Below, piece after piece: positions 50,468 through 59,701 of a DNA stretch of 64,000 nt. The first letter of the stretch is position 1, and every line of letters begins with the position of its first letter. Source of the DNA: an uncultured bacterium (GTDB lineage Bacteria; Poribacteria; WGA-4E; GCA-2687025). Both the position numbers and the translations under genes were made by a program. Location: the NCBI GenBank assembly GCA_964473525.1, contig CAYYPK010000017.1, forward strand, positions 1,992-65,991. Reading direction: 5' to 3'. Below the pieces are notes generated by a model, which saw only the letters and a program-made list of their open reading frames with translations, was not told the DNA's origin and made no database searches.

Positions 50468-50828
50468 GTCTTTCCTCCTCTGTCGTCCGGGGAGGCGAGC
50501 ATACGCGTCGCGCGGCGTCGCTGCAAACCGCCTTGAACGGCGCCGCCGGCCTCGGAGGATCTGTCGGCCGAAGTCCGACGGTCCTGGACGGTAGATGCGA
50601 CAGCCGGCGCGCGGCCCAGCATGGCCTGCGAGGCGACGTTGGAAGCACGTGGTTCACGAAGCAGGCGATCCCCCGAATAGAGAAGGACATCCTTGCCTGC
50701 CACCGGTACTGGGCGGTCACCGGCCGAGAGTGTCAGGTTGCGCGAGTGAGGGCAGGGAAACTATACTCTACACTGGTGTAACTGGGTGTGGGGCCGACAT
50801 GGGGTCATCCGTTCGTGGAGGCGAGGAT

Positions 50829-51875
50829 ATGCTGTCGGAGCACAGAACACCGCAACGACGCGAACATCCGCAGGCAGGGAGGCCATGCCACGTGGTCGGT
50901 CTGCTGTCTCTGCTTGTGCTGTTGGCAGCGGCCGCGCACGCACGCTCCCACGGGGAGCTGATCCTGTACGAGCACATCACCGGCCCCCGCGACGATCGCG
51001 AATACAGTCTCCGCACGATGGCTCCGGACGGTTCGAACGATACGTGGCTGGCGGTGGGGTTCGCGCGCGGACACGACTGGTCGCCCGACGGGTCGACGAT
51101 TGTGCTGGCAGGACTCGAGGTGATGTCGACGCTACGATGCGACGGCACGATGGTCTCGCAAACGCCCCTTCCACCCGGCATGGGGTCCGCCGAGCCCGCA
51201 TGGTCGCCAGACGGACTTAGAGTTGCGTTCTGGGCCGAAACCCGCGGACTCACGCATATCTGGATGCTGGAGTTGGCCACCGGCGCCCTTGTGGACCTCA
51301 CTGTGCCACAGGTACCCGCACGCATCCCAAGGGAGCACAGCCCGTCGTGGTCGCCCGATGGGACGCAGCTTGTGTACGACTCAAGCCGCGATCGGGAGTT
51401 CTGGTTGCGGCCCGAGGGTGACCCTCGTGGCGCGGCGCTGACGGCGGACCTGCACATCATGACGGATGCTGGCGCCCACGTGGTAAACCTGACGCAGAGC
51501 CTGGACCACGAGTACGATCCTGCGTGGTCGCCGGCTGGCCATGAGATCGCGTTCCTCAGACGTCCCGAAGGCGGCTTCGCATCCGTGTTCGTACTCGACA
51601 TCGACGCCGGAACCGAGTGGCGACTCACCGACGACGACATAGGGGCGCGGGACCCCTCGTGGGCGCCAGATGGACAGCGCATCGTCTTTGCGGCATTCGA
51701 CGCCAAGAACCCGTCGGGGTGGGACATCTTCGTGGTTGATCGCGACGGCGGCGCCCTGGCTCAGATCACCGACCACGGAGGCGAGTTGGCGCGGCGGCCC
51801 ATATGGTTCGATCCCGGCCTCGACGCATCCGCGGCGGGAAAGCTGCCCACCATGTGGGGAGAACTGAAATGGTGA
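50829..51875 (+). CDS. Secreted TolB-like WD40/PD40 beta-propeller repeat protein (paralog 1)
   Basis: The start is ATG 50829 with ggagg 7 nt upstream, in frame inside track ORF 50595..51875. The signal peptide is MLSEHRTPQRREHPQAGRPCHVVGLLSLLVLLAAAAHA. Repeated WSPDG motifs (DWSPDGS, PAWSPDGL, PSWSPDGT, PAWSPAGH, PSWAPDGQ) mark the PD40 repeats. The C-terminus is ...AAGKLPTMWGELKW. Confidence 0.7.
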   Translation: MLSEHRTPQRREHPQAGRPCHVVGLLSLLVLLAAAAHARSHGELILYEHITGPRDDREYSLRTMAPDGSNDTWLAVGFARGHDWSPDGSTIVLAGLEVMSTLRCDGTMVSQTPLPPGMGSAEPAWSPDGLRVAFWAETRGLTHIWMLELATGALVDLTVPQVPARIPREHSPSWSPDGTQLVYDSSRDREFWLRPEGDPRGAALTADLHIMTDAGAHVVNLTQSLDHEYDPAWSPAGHEIAFLRRPEGGFASVFVLDIDAGTEWRLTDDDIGARDPSWAPDGQRIVFAAFDAKNPSGWDIFVVDRDGGALAQITDHGGELARRPIWFDPGLDASAAGKLPTMWGELKW

Positions 51876-52951
51876 CACGAGCGACGAGGCTACGGATGCG
51901 ACACTGGGGCCGGGGTAGCGTGGGTCGCGTAGGCATCTGCATCGCCGTCGTCCTTGCGCATGTCATCTTCGCCGGTAGCGTCCTGGCACGCCCGCAGACC
52001 CCGCTGATCGTGTACCAGCATATGGTTAGGAGGGGAGACGACCTCGCGGTCAACCTGCGCACGATGGAGCCGGACGGCTCGAACGACAAGTGGCTCGCGA
52101 AGGACGGGTGGCAGCCGGGCCCCGACTGGTCGCCCGACGGTTCCCGCATCGTGCTGGGTTCGGCAGAGAACGTGTTGGTGACAATGCGTTGTGACGGGAC
52201 GGATCGCAGGGCAATCGGGCTCCCCGAAGGCGTTCGGCCCATGGAACCGAGGTGGGCGCCAGACGGACGCCGTGTGGTCTTCTATGCCTATGTTCCCATC
52301 GCAGTGGCCAACTGGCGCCCACACGTCTTCGTGCTGGACACGGCTACTGAGGCGCTGACGGATCTTACCGAGGCAATCGGAGGGGACCTCCTATGGGATG
52401 AACGCCCACACTGGTCTCCCGATGGGACGCGGATTGTGTTCGATTCGCTACGGGACAGGGAGTTCTGGGCGGAACAGCCAGACGCTGCGAAGCAGAAGGG
52501 CGCCCTGACCGCGGACCTGCATGTGATGACGGCTGACGGCGTCTACATCCGTAACCTCACGCAGAGCAAGGACAGCGAGGAGGATCCCGCATGGTCGCCC
52601 GACGGTGAGTTCATCGCGTACACGTGGAGGGGGCCCAACGCCAGTCCACCGCAAGTAGGGGTACGGGATGTCGCGACGGGTCGTACCCGACTACTCACCG
52701 AGCCCGAGCTGTGGGCAAGTGATCCGTCCTGGTCCCCGGACGGCGGGCGGATCATGTTCTCCGCAGCTGAATCGAGGAATCTAGCCAAGGGCTCGAACGT
52801 ATTCGCGATAGGCCGGGACGGCGGGAATCTGACCCAGCTCACCCACTACGAGTGGGAGTCCGCAAGAGAGCCAGCTTGGTTCGATCCTGGCCTCGCGGTA
52901 TCTCCCGCAGCGAAACTGCCGACGATGTGGGGCGAACTGAAGTGGTGGTAG
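51869..52951 (+). CDS. Secreted TolB-like WD40/PD40 beta-propeller repeat protein (paralog 2)
   Basis: The ATG at 51869 follows ggggaga and overlaps the previous stop (aaATGgTGA). The signal-like N-terminus is MVTRATRLRMRHWGRGSVGRVGICIAVVLAHVIFAGSVLA. It has the same WSPDG repeats and ends ...AAKLPTMWGELKWW. Confidence 0.7.
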   Translation: MVTRATRLRMRHWGRGSVGRVGICIAVVLAHVIFAGSVLARPQTPLIVYQHMVRRGDDLAVNLRTMEPDGSNDKWLAKDGWQPGPDWSPDGSRIVLGSAENVLVTMRCDGTDRRAIGLPEGVRPMEPRWAPDGRRVVFYAYVPIAVANWRPHVFVLDTATEALTDLTEAIGGDLLWDERPHWSPDGTRIVFDSLRDREFWAEQPDAAKQKGALTADLHVMTADGVYIRNLTQSKDSEEDPAWSPDGEFIAYTWRGPNASPPQVGVRDVATGRTRLLTEPELWASDPSWSPDGGRIMFSAAESRNLAKGSNVFAIGRDGGNLTQLTHYEWESAREPAWFDPGLAVSPAAKLPTMWGELKWW

Positions 52952-53193
52952 CGTGACCCGCGTCGCGCGCCTGCGGACGACCCGCCGGTCTACGACACCG
53001 CCGTTTCTTGGGACCAGGTATGCTGCGTCAGAAGCTGGGCCGCCGGGACCGAATCACATCCGTGCATCCGCTCATGGAAACTCACGCGCGTGGCGCGTCG
53101 CATGGCGTGCGAGATGCGTGAGTCCCTTCGCTCGCAGGGACAGGTCACGATGAGGTCGGGGCCTGGCAGTCAGCGGCATGGGAGCGGCGACCA

Positions 53194-53910
53194 TTAGTCG
53201 CTGGCTGCATCCTCGAGGAGTCCGGCGATCTCCTCGCGGGGCATGCGGCGGAACTTGCGGCGGCCGCGGCTTTCGGCGAGCGTCGCGACCTCGAGTCGGT
53301 CGGCTGCGAGTCTGTCGTCCTCACCTTCGCTCTCGCGCGTGGCGTCGAGCGCTTGCACGCCCAGGCGAACAACATCCGGCAGCGACAGGTCGTCCTCGTA
53401 TCGCTCGGCGAGCCACTCCCGGATCTCCTTCGCCTTCCCGCCTATGACGGCGGTCTTCTCGTCGTCCGCGAGAATGCCGTTGTACGAGATGCGGTACAGG
53501 CGATTGGTCGAGTAGCCGGGCTCACCGAGCTCGGCGATGAGGAGTTCCACCTCGAAGGGCTTCGTATCGAACTGGCGCCATACGCCGCCGATGTACTGCG
53601 AATACAGGTTGGCGAGCCATCTCGCCGTGACATCCTCGCGGCTGTACGTGTACCCCTTGACCTCGGCTTGCTCAATGCCGATGGTGCGCATCACCTCGTA
53701 TTCCTGGATGTTCCCGACGGCGGCGAGGGAGAGGCGATCGTAGATCTCTGACACCTTGTTCAGCGTGCGGCTGGCGTTCTCGGCAACGAAGGCGATGCCA
53801 CCCTCGTAGTCCATCGCGATGACATCTCGCCCGAACTGCACGCCCTTCCGGGCGAGTTCGTCCTTCTCGGTCATGATCTGTTCGGGCGACGCGAAGATGG
53901 GCGATGCCAT
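53194..53910 (-). CDS. prcA: 20S proteasome alpha subunit
   Basis: A 238-aa product. It lies immediately downstream of prcB on the same strand, and its length and sequence blocks (YDRLSLAAVGNIQEYEVMR...ELLIAELG) resemble bacterial PrcA. Confidence 0.8.
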   Translation of the reverse strand: MASPIFASPEQIMTEKDELARKGVQFGRDVIAMDYEGGIAFVAENASRTLNKVSEIYDRLSLAAVGNIQEYEVMRTIGIEQAEVKGYTYSREDVTARWLANLYSQYIGGVWRQFDTKPFEVELLIAELGEPGYSTNRLYRISYNGILADDEKTAVIGGKAKEIREWLAERYEDDLSLPDVVRLGVQALDATRESEGEDDRLAADRLEVATLAESRGRRKFRRMPREEIAGLLEDAASD

Positions 53911-53975
53911 GCGTTGGTAACTCCGTCAACGTGTCCGTGTGGGCGTCGCTACGGACGCTCGAAGCGGGTCTCGGC

Positions 53976-54824
53976 TCAGTCGTCGGCGTCGGCCCGGCGG
54001 GCTCCGTGGTCGCGCCGCCACTCGTCCAAAAACGCCTCGGCGGTTTCCCTCAGATGCTGCTCTGGCACGGGCTCGGTGCCCTCGGCGACGATGAGCTTCA
54101 TCGTGGGGAAGATCCCGCGCATGAAATCGAAGCCCTGGGTGGCGACATCCTCGTCGCTCGCATCCAGCAACGCCTCTACGGCGAACTGCACCGCTTCGTC
54201 GCGATCGACGCCGGCGTGGTACCGCTTCTTCAGCGTGTTGCGCGCGTCCTTCCCGCCGGAGCCCGTCGCGTAGTAGTCGAGTTCCTCGTACCGCCCGCCG
54301 ATGGGGTCGTACTTGTAGATGCGCCCTTCGCGCTTGCGGCTGTCGTAGCCCGCGAAGATCGGCACGACGACCAACCCCTGCATCGCGGCGGGTAGGTTCT
54401 GGCGCAGGAGCAGGCTGAGATAGTTCGCCTTGCCCTCGAGGCTCAGCGCGATCCCCTCGACCTTCTCGTAGAATTCGAGCTGCGTGCGCAGGAGCTTCGC
54501 CATCTGCGTCGCGGGCGCGGCCACTCCGGCGATGGCCATGGCGCAGTGCTCGTCCATCTCGAACACTTTGTCGATGGCGCGGTCAGCGACTTCGTAACCC
54601 GCCGTCGCCTGCCGGTCACCTGCGATCAACACGCCGCCCTCGAAGCGGATGGCGAGAATCGTCGTGCCGTGTGGGAGGCGATCGATGTCCACGCCGCCCG
54701 CCACGGCGGGGCCTCCTGGCGATTCAGAGCTCGCGCGGAAGCTGTTCGGGAGGAGATCTGGATGGCGGTCGCGCAGTAGACCGATGAAGTCAGACTGAAC
54801 GGAGCGGGTGTCCTCGGCGGTCAA
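53976..54824 (-). CDS. prcB: 20S proteasome beta subunit with propeptide
   Basis: A propeptide is followed by HGTTILAIRFEGGVLIAGDRQAT, with the catalytic Thr at the mature N-terminus. Confidence 0.85.
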   Translation of the reverse strand: MTAEDTRSVQSDFIGLLRDRHPDLLPNSFRASSESPGGPAVAGGVDIDRLPHGTTILAIRFEGGVLIAGDRQATAGYEVADRAIDKVFEMDEHCAMAIAGVAAPATQMAKLLRTQLEFYEKVEGIALSLEGKANYLSLLLRQNLPAAMQGLVVVPIFAGYDSRKREGRIYKYDPIGGRYEELDYYATGSGGKDARNTLKKRYHAGVDRDEAVQFAVEALLDASDEDVATQGFDFMRGIFPTMKLIVAEGTEPVPEQHLRETAEAFLDEWRRDHGARRADADD

Positions 54825-54909
54825 GTCTCGTCGGAACAGAGTAGTGCCCTTTCACCGCGATCAAGCCGGGCGGGGAACGCCGTGCGCCACGAGCGACCAC
54901 TGCCGGGCC

Positions 54910-55128
54910 TCACTCGCCACCACGCTGAATGTAGTTCTCGACGAACTCTTCCGCGTCCTCTTCGAGCAGCTCGTCGATCTCATCGAGCAGCTTGTCGATG
55001 TCGCCCGTCAGAGCTTCACCGTCCTCGATGATCTCCTGATTCGGCTCCTCGGTCGAAGCTTCCTCGTGCTCCTCCTCGCGGGTTTCCTCGCGAGTCTGCT
55101 CTTCCTGTCGGCGTTCGGATGACGGCAT
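54910..55128 (-). CDS. pup: Prokaryotic ubiquitin-like protein Pup, ending in GGE
   Basis: A 72-aa acidic, disordered N-terminus and a C-terminal LLDEIDELLEEDAEEFVENYIQRGGE compare with Mtb Pup (...LLDEIDDVLEENAEDFVRAYVQKGGQ). The terminal Glu means no deamidation is required. Confidence 0.85.
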   Translation of the reverse strand: MPSSERRQEEQTREETREEEHEEASTEEPNQEIIEDGEALTGDIDKLLDEIDELLEEDAEEFVENYIQRGGE

Positions 55129-56655
55129 CTATCTTCCTCCCGCGTCGTCCGCGTCGGGCTTGGCCTCAATGGCCTCCAACAATTCCGCGGCGGAATTGCA
55201 CTCCTGCAAGAGGGCGCCCACCATGTCGCGCGTGCCACGCTGCGGATACTGCATCGGCACCTTCTGCAGCGACTTGCCCTCTACGTCGAAGATGAGCGAA
55301 TTCCAACTGGCCGCGTGGATCTCTCCGGGGAACCGCTTGAGACATGTTCCCCTGAAAAAGGCCCGCGTGTCCAGCGGCGGGTTAGTTATAGCGTGAATGA
55401 CCTCGTCCTGCGACACTACGCGACGGACGCGCCCGGCCTTCTGCAACCGATGGAACACGCCGACATTCGGTCGTATATCGTGGTATTGCAGGTCCAGCAT
55501 CGACAGGCGATGGTCGTTCCACTTGAGGCCGTGGCGTTCACGAAACGCCCGCAGCCAGGCGTACTTGATAACCCAGTCGATGTCGCGCTGTAGCTTCATC
55601 GGGTCGTCGCCCAGCGCGTCCAAGACTTCACCCCACTTCTCGACGACGTCCGCGGTGACTTCGTGGTGGGGATCGTTGGCTGCGTTCGCAGTGACGTATT
55701 CCACGGCCAGCCTTTGGTACGCGCGCTGGATATCGAGCGCCGACATCTCGCGCGCGCCTTCCAGTGGCAGCCCCTCGGAGCACGTGAGATCCCGTGACAC
55801 GCTCTTCATTGCCGCGACAGGGTCGCGCAAGCGGAATTCCCCGCCAACGACGCCATCCTCGATCATCTGAAGGACGACCGCCGTCGTGCCTACCTTGAGG
55901 TAGGTCGTGTACTCGGACATGTTCGCGTCGCCGACGATCACGTGGAAGCGACGATGCTCCTTCTCGTCCGCGTGCGGCTCGTCGCGCGTGTTGATGATGG
56001 GGCGGTCCACCATGGTGGACAGGCCGACCTCGGTCTCGAAGAAGTCGGCGCGCTGCGATATCTGGAAGTCCGCGTCGTCGGCGCCGTTTTCCGCGCCCGT
56101 CTTGCCGCTACCGGTGAATATCTGGCGCGTCACGAGGAACGGCGTCATGCCGTCCACCAGCGTCTGGAAGGGGATGCCGCGGTCCACGAGGTAGTTCTCG
56201 TGACAGCCGTAGCTGTGTCCCTTCCCGTCAGAGTTGTTCTTGTAGATGATGAGTTCGCGCTGGTTGTCGAGCAGTTGCTCGGCGATGCGGCAGCTCATGT
56301 CCAGGATCAACTCGCCAGCGCGGTCGTACACGACGAGATCGCGCGCGTTCGTGCATTCCGGCGTGCAGTATTCCGGGTGGGCGTGGTCGACGTAGTAGCG
56401 GCCGCCGTTTGTCAGAATGTCGTTGATGACGGCGTTGGTCTCGTCGTCCGGGGTGGGGCCGTTCACGTCCGTCTGGAAGCCGCGGGCGTCGAGGAGCGGG
56501 TTCTCCTCCTCATAGTCCCACACCACGCTACGGACCTCGCGATCCTTGTAGCTGTTGACGACGAGCGTCGAGGACGCCACGGGGTCAAAGTCTGCCGCGT
56601 GGCGGACCATGATCCCGTATTCCGTCTCGACACCCATGATCTTCGGCTGAGCCAC
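55129..56655 (-). CDS. dop: Dop, the Pup deamidase/depupylase (PafA/Dop carboxylate-amine ligase family)
   Basis: MGVETEYGI, YVDHAHPEYCTPEC, IYKNNSDGKGHSYGCHENYL, IINTRDEPHADEKEHRRFHVIVGDANM and SWNSLIFD are collinear with Mtb Dop blocks. Its position between mpa and pup matches the canonical mpa-dop-pup-prcB-prcA order. Confidence 0.8.
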   Translation of the reverse strand: MAQPKIMGVETEYGIMVRHAADFDPVASSTLVVNSYKDREVRSVVWDYEEENPLLDARGFQTDVNGPTPDDETNAVINDILTNGGRYYVDHAHPEYCTPECTNARDLVVYDRAGELILDMSCRIAEQLLDNQRELIIYKNNSDGKGHSYGCHENYLVDRGIPFQTLVDGMTPFLVTRQIFTGSGKTGAENGADDADFQISQRADFFETEVGLSTMVDRPIINTRDEPHADEKEHRRFHVIVGDANMSEYTTYLKVGTTAVVLQMIEDGVVGGEFRLRDPVAAMKSVSRDLTCSEGLPLEGAREMSALDIQRAYQRLAVEYVTANAANDPHHEVTADVVEKWGEVLDALGDDPMKLQRDIDWVIKYAWLRAFRERHGLKWNDHRLSMLDLQYHDIRPNVGVFHRLQKAGRVRRVVSQDEVIHAITNPPLDTRAFFRGTCLKRFPGEIHAASWNSLIFDVEGKSLQKVPMQYPQRGTRDMVGALLQECNSAAELLEAIEAKPDADDAGGR

Positions 56656-56682
56656 TGCCGTACCTTAACCCGTGGTAAGCGA

Positions 56683-58482
56683 CTACAGGTACTGCCCTGG
56701 AGTCACGGTGCGCACTTCGCGCTTCTTCTCCTGCTCTTCGGCCTGCACGAGCATCTTCACGTTCACGATGCGTTCGCCCTTGCGGCCGGAGATACTGGCC
56801 CACTCGTCGGGGTTCTTCGTGTTCGGCAGATCCTCGTTCTCCTTGAACTCGTCACGGATCGCTCGTTTCAGGTCGTCGGCTGAGAGCCCCTTGTCGCCAC
56901 CGTCGATGACGCGCTTTAGCGCGTATTTCTTCGCGCGCGCGACGATGTTCATCACCATGGCGCCGCTGGCGAAGTCCTTGAAGTAAAGCACCTCGCGCTC
57001 GCCTCGCGAGTACGTCAGCTCGAGGAAGCGGTTGTCCTCGTCCTCGGCGTACATCGTCTCGGACGCCGTGTCGATCAGTCGCGCGACGGCCTGCGGCTTG
57101 TCTTCCCCAGCGTGCGCGGCGGATTCCGCGATAGGGATATCCGGGGTCAGGTAGATGGAGAAAATGTCGCGCGCCTGCGCCTGGTCGGGTCTGTCGATCT
57201 TGATCTTGACGTCGAGCCTACCGGGCCGGAGGACGGCTGGGTCGAGAAGATCCTGCCGGTTGCTTGCGCCGATGACGATGACGTTGCGCAGCCCTTCGAC
57301 GCCGTCAATCTCAGCGAGGAACTGTGGCACCAACGTCGACTCCATGTCCGACGAGATCCCTAGTCCGCGCGTGCGGAACAGGGAGTCCATCTCATCGAAG
57401 AAGATGACGACAGGCATGCCTTCCTGAGCTTTCTCGCGCGCCCTGGCGAACACTTCGCGTATCTTGCGCTCCGTCTCCCCGACGTACTTGTTGAGGAGTT
57501 CCGGGCCCTTGATGTTGATGAAGAACGCCCGGATGTTCTCGTCGCCGGTCAGGTCGCGCGCCTTCTGAGCGATGTTGTTCGCGACGGCCTTCGCGACGAG
57601 CGTCTTCCCACAGCCAGGTGGCCCGTAGAGCAGGATGCCCTTCGGGGGGCTGAGGTCGAATTCCTTGAACTGATCCGGGTAGAGGTACGGTAGCTCCACC
57701 GCGTCCCGGATTTGCTCGATTTGGTCGTCGAGGCCGCCGATCTTCGAATACTCGACGTCGGGTACCTCTTCGAGCAGCAGGTCGTCCGCCTCGACCTTCG
57801 GCAGCTTGTCGATGAGCATCCCAGTCTGCGAGTTCAGCAGGACGCTGTCGCCTGCTTTCAGACCGTCCTCCCCGACGGCTCCTGCGATCTCGACGACGCG
57901 CTCTTCGTCGGCGCGCATCGTTACGAGAGCGCGCGTCTCATCGAGTATGTCCTTGATCTTCACGACCTCGCCTTGCAGGTCGGTCGGCGCAACGGCGACG
58001 ACGTTGTACGCGCCGTTGACGATGACTTCCTGCCCCTTGTACAGGTCGTCCACGACGATGCTGGGATCAAGGTTGACCCGCATCTTCTTACCGAGCAGGT
58101 TGATGTTCGCCGTGCCGTCTTCGTTCTGGTTCAGGTAGGCGCCGTAGTTGTTCGGCGGCGCGCTGAGCTTTTCGACCTTCTCACGGAGCAGCTCGAGCTG
58201 CTCACGCGCTTCCTGGAGCGTGGCGGTGAGTTCGCGATTGCGGCGGTGTAGCTTGACCAGGTCGCGGGTGGCGTCATAGAGCTTTGCTTCCGCATCGTCG
58301 GAAGACGCCGCGTTCAGCTTGCGGCGCAGATCGCCCATCTCCGTCTGCATGATCTCGATAATGCCATCGAGTTCGCGGATGCGTTCGATGTACGCTCGAG
58401 CGTCCTCGGTGAACGTCTCCTCGCGACGGCTCGCGTCACGCCCGCGGGTGTGTTCCTGATCTGACGTCTGTTCCGGCGCCAT
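56683..58482 (-). CDS. mpa: Proteasome-associated AAA+ ATPase (Mpa/ARC)
   Basis: A 599-aa product with an N-terminal coiled coil, an OB/interdomain region and an AAA+ module (LLYGPPGCGKTL Walker A). The C-terminal ...TPGQYL is the GQYL proteasome-docking motif. Confidence 0.9.
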   Translation of the reverse strand: MAPEQTSDQEHTRGRDASRREETFTEDARAYIERIRELDGIIEIMQTEMGDLRRKLNAASSDDAEAKLYDATRDLVKLHRRNRELTATLQEAREQLELLREKVEKLSAPPNNYGAYLNQNEDGTANINLLGKKMRVNLDPSIVVDDLYKGQEVIVNGAYNVVAVAPTDLQGEVVKIKDILDETRALVTMRADEERVVEIAGAVGEDGLKAGDSVLLNSQTGMLIDKLPKVEADDLLLEEVPDVEYSKIGGLDDQIEQIRDAVELPYLYPDQFKEFDLSPPKGILLYGPPGCGKTLVAKAVANNIAQKARDLTGDENIRAFFINIKGPELLNKYVGETERKIREVFARAREKAQEGMPVVIFFDEMDSLFRTRGLGISSDMESTLVPQFLAEIDGVEGLRNVIVIGASNRQDLLDPAVLRPGRLDVKIKIDRPDQAQARDIFSIYLTPDIPIAESAAHAGEDKPQAVARLIDTASETMYAEDEDNRFLELTYSRGEREVLYFKDFASGAMVMNIVARAKKYALKRVIDGGDKGLSADDLKRAIRDEFKENEDLPNTKNPDEWASISGRKGERIVNVKMLVQAEEQEKKREVRTVTPGQYL

Positions 58483-58767
58483 CGCGTACCCCCTCCGGCG
58501 AGTTAGAACCGTGATGAACCCGCTCCATTAGCCGTGTCCGCGCCCTCTCGCGAGAGTGGGCCATTGTAGCATTCCGGCCCCGGGTCGTCAACATACGCCC
58601 GGCGTAGACCGCGCTACTAGACGCCCGTGGACGCCCCGTGCGCTTTCATTATACGACGCGCGGCCTCCACCACGAATAGGTGACGGGGCATCACGGCCGA
58701 CCGCCCCGACTCTACAAACGCGCGCGGCTATCTACTAACGCGCCGCTCCCGGCCCATGATGACCCGG

Positions 58768-59616
58768 CTACGCGCCATGGCTCTCGCGGAGGAAACCCAT
58801 CGCCGGGGCGACTTCGTTGGGAAAGTCGCGCCAGTTGCACTCCACGGAAATACGCGAGTCGTAGCCCGCCTCCGCGAGAGCCGCCCAGAAGCCTGGGTAG
58901 TCGTACGACCCCGTTCCCGGATGCAGTCTGCCCGTGTCCGCGACGTGTACATGTGTCAGTTGGGCGCCGGCGTCCGCGATGTTTGAGAGCGGCTCGTCCT
59001 CCTCGTCCATGTGGTAGAAGTCGGCGAGGACGGTGACTTCGGGCATGTCCACGCGTTCCGCCACGGCGCACGCTTCCTCGACACTTGTCAGGATGTTCGA
59101 TTCCTTCGTGTTCAGCGGCTCAATGGCCACTGTGACGGCGTGCTTGCGCCCCTGCGCTCCTGCGAAGCTCAGGAACTCCAGGATCTCGGCGTCAGCAGCG
59201 TCGCGCGAGTAGCCGTCTGGCACGTTGCGCGCCCCGCCGCTGCCGAAGACGACAACCTGGCCCCCGGCGGCTCCGACGCGCTCGATGGCCGTGCTCACGT
59301 AATCCTCTACGCGCGCCCAGTCTCGCTCCGGCCCCACGAGACGGACGGACGGGGCGATGAAGCTGTTGAAGCACTCGGCCGTCAATGGGGCGTCGGCGAG
59401 CGCGGCTCGGAAGCTCTCGAACGACGCCTCGGGTAGGTCTGGGCCGACCATCCCTACTCCGAATTCCATGAAGTCGCACCCAGCGTCCACGAGAACCTGG
59501 ATGGCGTCCGGCACTTTCTCGACCTGGGCTTGGTGCGCGCTCCCGGCGTCCAACTGGCCGGCGCCGGAGGTCGGTGGGACGAACGAAGCGAGAGCGACGC
59601 AGCATCCGAATCGCAT
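58768..59616 (-). CDS. Sugar phosphate isomerase/epimerase (xylose isomerase-like TIM barrel) family protein
   Basis: The 282-aa product has AP-endonuclease-2/TIM-barrel-like blocks (VAIEPLN, ADFYHMDEED, HVHVADTGR). Confidence 0.65.
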   Translation of the reverse strand: MRFGCCVALASFVPPTSGAGQLDAGSAHQAQVEKVPDAIQVLVDAGCDFMEFGVGMVGPDLPEASFESFRAALADAPLTAECFNSFIAPSVRLVGPERDWARVEDYVSTAIERVGAAGGQVVVFGSGGARNVPDGYSRDAADAEILEFLSFAGAQGRKHAVTVAIEPLNTKESNILTSVEEACAVAERVDMPEVTVLADFYHMDEEDEPLSNIADAGAQLTHVHVADTGRLHPGTGSYDYPGFWAALAEAGYDSRISVECNWRDFPNEVAPAMGFLRESHGA

Positions 59617-59701
59617 GAGTGTTCCCCGGCATGTGGCTGGCTGGGATCGCGAGCGGGCGGCGTCTATCTTAGCCCATATCGGGTCGCAACGTGACTGGGC
59701 G

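Noticed and set aside
52952-53193. Palindrome cacgcgcgtg in the convergent intergenic region between the TolB-like gene and prcA
   Set aside because: It is a short self-complementary GC-rich decamer of a kind that occurs frequently by chance at this GC content. No flanking U-tract.
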